In this document: positions 60,538 through 64,000 of the stretch, in pieces
How the letters are laid out: each line of letters starts with the position of its first letter
Numbering within the stretch: the first letter of the stretch is position 1
Source: Polyangiales bacterium
Lineage (GTDB): Bacteria > Myxococcota_A > Polyangia > Polyangiales > Polyangiaceae
Assembly (NCBI GenBank): GCA_038230375.1
Contig: JBBRNJ010000026.1
Span: 1-64,000 of the forward strand
Reading direction: 5' to 3'
Length of the DNA stretch: 64,000 nt
The notes under the pieces: model-generated
What the model saw: only the letters and a program-made list of their open reading frames with translations
Database searches by the model: none
Told to the model about the DNA's origin: nothing
Program-made: the position numbers and the translations under genes

Positions 60538-60849
60538 TTACTTCTTGCCAGCGCCCTTGGGGGGCGTCTTGCCTGCGGGCTTCTTGCCAGCATCGCCCGC
60601 GCCGGCGTCCATCGGCATGGCCGGGGGAGTCGCGCTCGGCATCGCGCTCGGCATGGCCGTCGCGGTGTCGGGGGTGGAGGGCATCGCGCTCGCCGAGGGC
60701 ATCGCGCTGGGCATGTCGGGCGCGGTCGCCGACGGGGTCGGGGGCATGTCGTGCGGCGGGGGCTTGGGGTCGCCGCCGCAAGCGACGAAGAAGCCAACGG
60801 CAGCCGTTACGGCGAAGGGGGCGAGGACCAAAAGTTTGATGGTGCGCAT
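60538..60849 (-). CDS. Small Pro/Ala/Met-rich lipoprotein
   Basis: AGGA RBS, lipobox FVAC, MPSA repeats, Lys-rich tail. Confidence 0.75.
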   Translation of the reverse strand: MRTIKLLVLAPFAVTAAVGFFVACGGDPKPPPHDMPPTPSATAPDMPSAMPSASAMPSTPDTATAMPSAMPSATPPAMPMDAGAGDAGKKPAGKTPPKGAGKK

Positions 60850-60967
60850 GTTCCTTTTTCTCCGGACGACGCGTTAGGAGGAGGCCGCCCTATCAGTGGA
60901 CGCGGTCTATCCGCTCACCGCGAGATTGACAACAAAAAAGCAAAGGGCGCTTGTATGGTGCACCTTC

Positions 60968-61582
60968 ATGATCGGCAGGCTCACCGGGCGCGTGATCGCC
61001 GAAGATGAAGACGGCGCCATCGTCGTGGACGTCGGCGGTGTCGGCTATGAAGTGACCACGCCGATCGGCACGCGGGGCAGGTCGCGCGTCGACGACGGCG
61101 TCATCACGCTCTTCATCCACACCCACGTTCGCGAGGAGACGTTCTCCCTCTTCGGGTTCGCGACGGAGGTCGATCGCACGGCGTTCCGGACGCTCATCGG
61201 GGTCTCCAGCGTCGGGCCGAAGACGGCGGTCGCGGTGCTCTCGGCGCTGCCCGGGGCGGAGCTCGGGCGCGTGATCGCCAGGAAGGAGCTCGCGCGCCTG
61301 ACGTCGATCTCCGGCATCGGCAAGAAGACGGCGGAGCGCCCGCTCCTGGAGCTGGAAGGCAAGCTCACCACCACGGACGTCCGCGTCAGCGGCGACCCAT
61401 CCGCACCCCTCGTCAGCAGGAAGGGCGAAGGGGACAAGGCGGAGCTCCTGCACGGCGCGCTCACCCGCATGGGATATCGCCGCGAGGAGGCCGACCGCGC
61501 GGTGAAGACTCTCGAGACCGAGATCGAAGGCCGCACCCTCGCCGAGCTGCTTCGAGAGGCGCTGGTGATCCTCTCGCGTTGA
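60968..61582 (+). CDS. ruvA: Holliday junction branch migration protein RuvA
   Basis: MIGRLTG, VDVGGVGYEV, HTHVREE..LFGF, VGPKTA, GIGKKTAER, ALTRMGY. Confidence 0.95.
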   Translation: MIGRLTGRVIAEDEDGAIVVDVGGVGYEVTTPIGTRGRSRVDDGVITLFIHTHVREETFSLFGFATEVDRTAFRTLIGVSSVGPKTAVAVLSALPGAELGRVIARKELARLTSISGIGKKTAERPLLELEGKLTTTDVRVSGDPSAPLVSRKGEGDKAELLHGALTRMGYRREEADRAVKTLETEIEGRTLAELLREALVILSR

Positions 61583-61599
61583 GGCTAATAGCGACCTCG

Positions 61600-62421
61600 A
61601 TGGCGAAGGAGAAGTCCAAGGATTCGAAGGCCCAGAAGCCGCGGAAGCGGACACGTCAGGAGCGACGGTTCTTGCCGCAGTCCTCGACGAACCACTTGCT
61701 CGTCTATGTGATCGGCGGCCTTGGCGCGCTCGGCCTGGGCGCTGGCGTGTGGGGTTACTGGTTCGGACACCTCAACGCGCCCGAGGGCCAGGCGGTGTCG
61801 CCCGTCTTCGTCCTGTCGGTGAGCGGAGCATTGCTCACCGTGATCGCGATCTGGCTCGGCACCAGCGGTGAGGCTGCGCTGCGCGTGGGTGATGCGGGCA
61901 TCGCCCTCGAGAAGGGCGAGCTCCAGCGCATGCCCTGGTACAACCTCTCCACCATCAGCTGGGAGTCGGGCGCGGGCGCGCTCGTGGTTTCCGGCAAGGA
62001 CGAGCACGACAAGGCAGTGACCTTCAAGGTGCCCGCGCGCTCGCACGGCGTCGCGGCGGCGTGGATCCTGGCGGAGACGCAGGAGCGCGTGCCCAAGGCC
62101 GTCGACATGCCGAAGGAGGCGATCGAGAAGCTCACGCCCGCACCGCCGAACGAGGGACAGCTCATCGCGCTGCCGCCGACGCAGGTCGTGGGAAAGCGCT
62201 GCGCGAAGAGCGGCGCGCTGATCGGCTACGAGCCGGATGCGCGTGTCTGCCCGCGCTGCGAGCGCGTGTACCACAAGGCCTCCGTGCCACCGAAGTGCAA
62301 GTGCGGAGAGAACCTCCGCCACCTCCGCGGACGGCAGGAAGAAGGAGAAGACGCGAAAGACGCGGACCTTGCCCCCGACTCCTCCGGCGTGGACGACTCC
62401 GACGACGCCGCGCTCGCGTGA
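61600..62421 (+). CDS. Two-TM membrane protein with a C-terminal RING-like Zn finger
   Basis: Two hydrophobic helices; CAKS...CPRC..VYH....C.C. Confidence 0.7.
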   Translation: MAKEKSKDSKAQKPRKRTRQERRFLPQSSTNHLLVYVIGGLGALGLGAGVWGYWFGHLNAPEGQAVSPVFVLSVSGALLTVIAIWLGTSGEAALRVGDAGIALEKGELQRMPWYNLSTISWESGAGALVVSGKDEHDKAVTFKVPARSHGVAAAWILAETQERVPKAVDMPKEAIEKLTPAPPNEGQLIALPPTQVVGKRCAKSGALIGYEPDARVCPRCERVYHKASVPPKCKCGENLRHLRGRQEEGEDAKDADLAPDSSGVDDSDDAALA

Positions 62422-62434
62422 TATCCTTCACGTG

Positions 62435-63748
62435 ATGAGGATCCGAGCCGCAACCGCGCTGCTGCTCACGTCTGCGTTGCTGCTCGGCGCAGCGGCAGCA
62501 GCATGCAGCGCGTTCGGCGGCACCGACGCCAATCCCACCCCTGGCGGTGACGGCGGCGCGGAGGCGGCGTCTGGAGGGTGCTCGGGCAAGGTCTGCGACT
62601 GTGACGGTGACCCCGCCAACGGCGCCGAGACCGACGTCACACAAAACGACCCCAACAACTGCGGTGCCTGCGGCCGCGTATGCGCCGCCGACCCGGTCTT
62701 GAAGGTAGCGACGTGTATTGCGGGCGTATGCAATGCGGCGCCGATCCTCGATCAGCTGCCGTTCGCCAGCGTCGTCGTGGCGCACGGTGACGACGTGTAC
62801 TTTGCAGATGGAAACCCGAATGGGCCGGCTGGAACCGCCAGGCATGCTGGCCCACCGGACTTCGCACCAAGCACCGTGTCGCTTCCGCAGTCGACGGCGA
62901 TCGTTTCCATGGCCGTCGATGGGGACGACCTGTACGTGGTCTCGGCGCAGGAACCAAACGGACGCGGGTACCTGAACCGCATGCCAAGAACTGGTGACTG
63001 CGGTGGCGGCTGCAGCACAACGCTGGACGGCACGGCTGGCAGCGGCACACCTCCATTGAGGGTCGCCATCTCCGCGAACACGGTCTACTGGGTGCGCGCG
63101 CCGTCGGGCAACGACGTGGGCCAGCTGATGGCGCAACCCAAGGCGGACGCGGGTCCGGCCATCGTGCTGGATTCGCGTGCGGGCTACAATCAGCCGTCGT
63201 TCCAGCTCCCGTCGCTCGTCGTCAGCGGTGGCTTCGTCTATGCGGCGCACGAGGTGTACATGCCGGAGGTATCGAGCGACGGGGTCGCGGCGCTCCCACT
63301 CGTCGGCTGTCCCATGACAAAGGCGATGTGCGTGACCGATCGCGAATTTTCTCGCACGGCGGGCCTCGCAGCGGACAAAGACACGCTCTATTACGTCGAA
63401 CTCGGAGATGCCGGCCCCGTCAGCATCGGTCGCGTGAAGGACAGCGAGCTCATGGGGGCCGCGTTCGTCGTCCGCCCCGGGCTCGGCGCTGTCATCGCCG
63501 TCGACGACCGCGACTTCTACTGGGTGGAGTCAGCTGCGGCCGGCGCTGCAGTGCAGTGGTCCATCCTGCGAAGCGGCAAGGATGGCAAGTGCCCGACCTA
63601 CGCTCCGTGCCCCCAGACGGTCGCGCGGGTGACTTGCGCCGACGGGAACGACCCGACCTGTGGCATCGCTGCGATCGCTCCGGGCGCCACGCAGATCTTC
63701 TTTGCGCGTGGTGGCGGCAAGGGCGGCGTGTTTCGCGTTCCCAGATGA
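62435..63748 (+). CDS. Lipoprotein with Cys-rich N-terminal repeats and a beta-propeller-like domain
   Basis: Lipobox AAAC; DCDGDPANG.E, DPNNCGACGRVC; MAVDGDDLY, IAVDDRDFYW blades. Confidence 0.8.
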   Translation: MRIRAATALLLTSALLLGAAAAACSAFGGTDANPTPGGDGGAEAASGGCSGKVCDCDGDPANGAETDVTQNDPNNCGACGRVCAADPVLKVATCIAGVCNAAPILDQLPFASVVVAHGDDVYFADGNPNGPAGTARHAGPPDFAPSTVSLPQSTAIVSMAVDGDDLYVVSAQEPNGRGYLNRMPRTGDCGGGCSTTLDGTAGSGTPPLRVAISANTVYWVRAPSGNDVGQLMAQPKADAGPAIVLDSRAGYNQPSFQLPSLVVSGGFVYAAHEVYMPEVSSDGVAALPLVGCPMTKAMCVTDREFSRTAGLAADKDTLYYVELGDAGPVSIGRVKDSELMGAAFVVRPGLGAVIAVDDRDFYWVESAAAGAAVQWSILRSGKDGKCPTYAPCPQTVARVTCADGNDPTCGIAAIAPGATQIFFARGGGKGGVFRVPR

Positions 63749-63749
63749 C

Positions 63750-64000
63750 TCAGTATCTGAATCCCGCGAAGAGCTGCGGTCCCCAGATGAACGGCCCGCC
63801 CTGTCCATTGCCTTGATACGTGTCCATGTCGATGCGGCCGCCAAGGTACGCGCCGTGATCGTCACGCGAGCCGAAGTCGTATACGTCCAGCTTCGCGGAG
63901 AGGAATCCGCCGATGCTCAGCGCCTCCATCGGAGACCGGTTGGTCACACGTGAGACGTTGAGGTACCCAAGGCGCGCGCCTCCGCCAAGACGCAAGAACG
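63750..64000 (-). CDS. 3' end of a putative outer-membrane beta-barrel protein (5' end outside the window)
   Basis: Amphipathic strands ending AGFRY-TGA. Confidence 0.6.
   Translation of the reverse strand, partial: FLRLGGGARLGYLNVSRVTNRSPMEALSIGGFLSAKLDVYDFGSRDDHGAYLGGRIDMDTYQGNGQGGPFIWGPQLFAGFRY

Noticed and set aside
60926..60959. TTGACA and TATGGT as a single sigma70 promoter for ruvA
   Set aside because: The 22-bp spacer is too long; the -10 element may still act alone

Overview
High-GC chromosomal window whose gene content points to a myxobacterium, probably Polyangiaceae/Labilithrix-like (PilZ TIGR02266-type protein, many Cys-rich and 'DAG'-linker lipoproteins, two ECF sigma/anti-sigma cassettes, a MYXO-CTERM-like tail). 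The taxonomy is an inference from gene families. Recognisable genes: Rne/Rng RNase, tRNA-Ser(CGA), TlpA, ACBP, fatty-acyl-CoA ligase, thiD, Sua5/YciO, pilD, kptA, oxyR-katG with a well-spaced OxyR box, gltA, a DEDDh exonuclease, a DsbA-like protein and ruvA. No integrase, transposase, cas gene or rRNA was recognised. Best leads: (1) a 23.5-29.3 kb locus joining a GspS-like ATP-grasp ligase, a double DUF350 membrane protein, a Tat-type protein with a Ser/Gly tail, a DUF1517-like protein and two 2OG-Fe(II)-type oxygenases, behind back-to-back leaderless promoters; (2) a paralog of one of those oxygenases 23 kb away, coupled to an orphan Rieske oxygenase; (3) an in-frame amber stop in an otherwise intact citrate synthase; (4) a lone signal-peptide protein with an EspA/Bsp22-like C-terminus; (5) an RNase E/G with a charge-segregated disordered insert inside S1 and a structured leader; (6) a HEPN-like RxxxxH domain at the window edge; (7) recurrent leaderless -10 promoters. 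All family calls come from motifs read by eye; no database searches were run.
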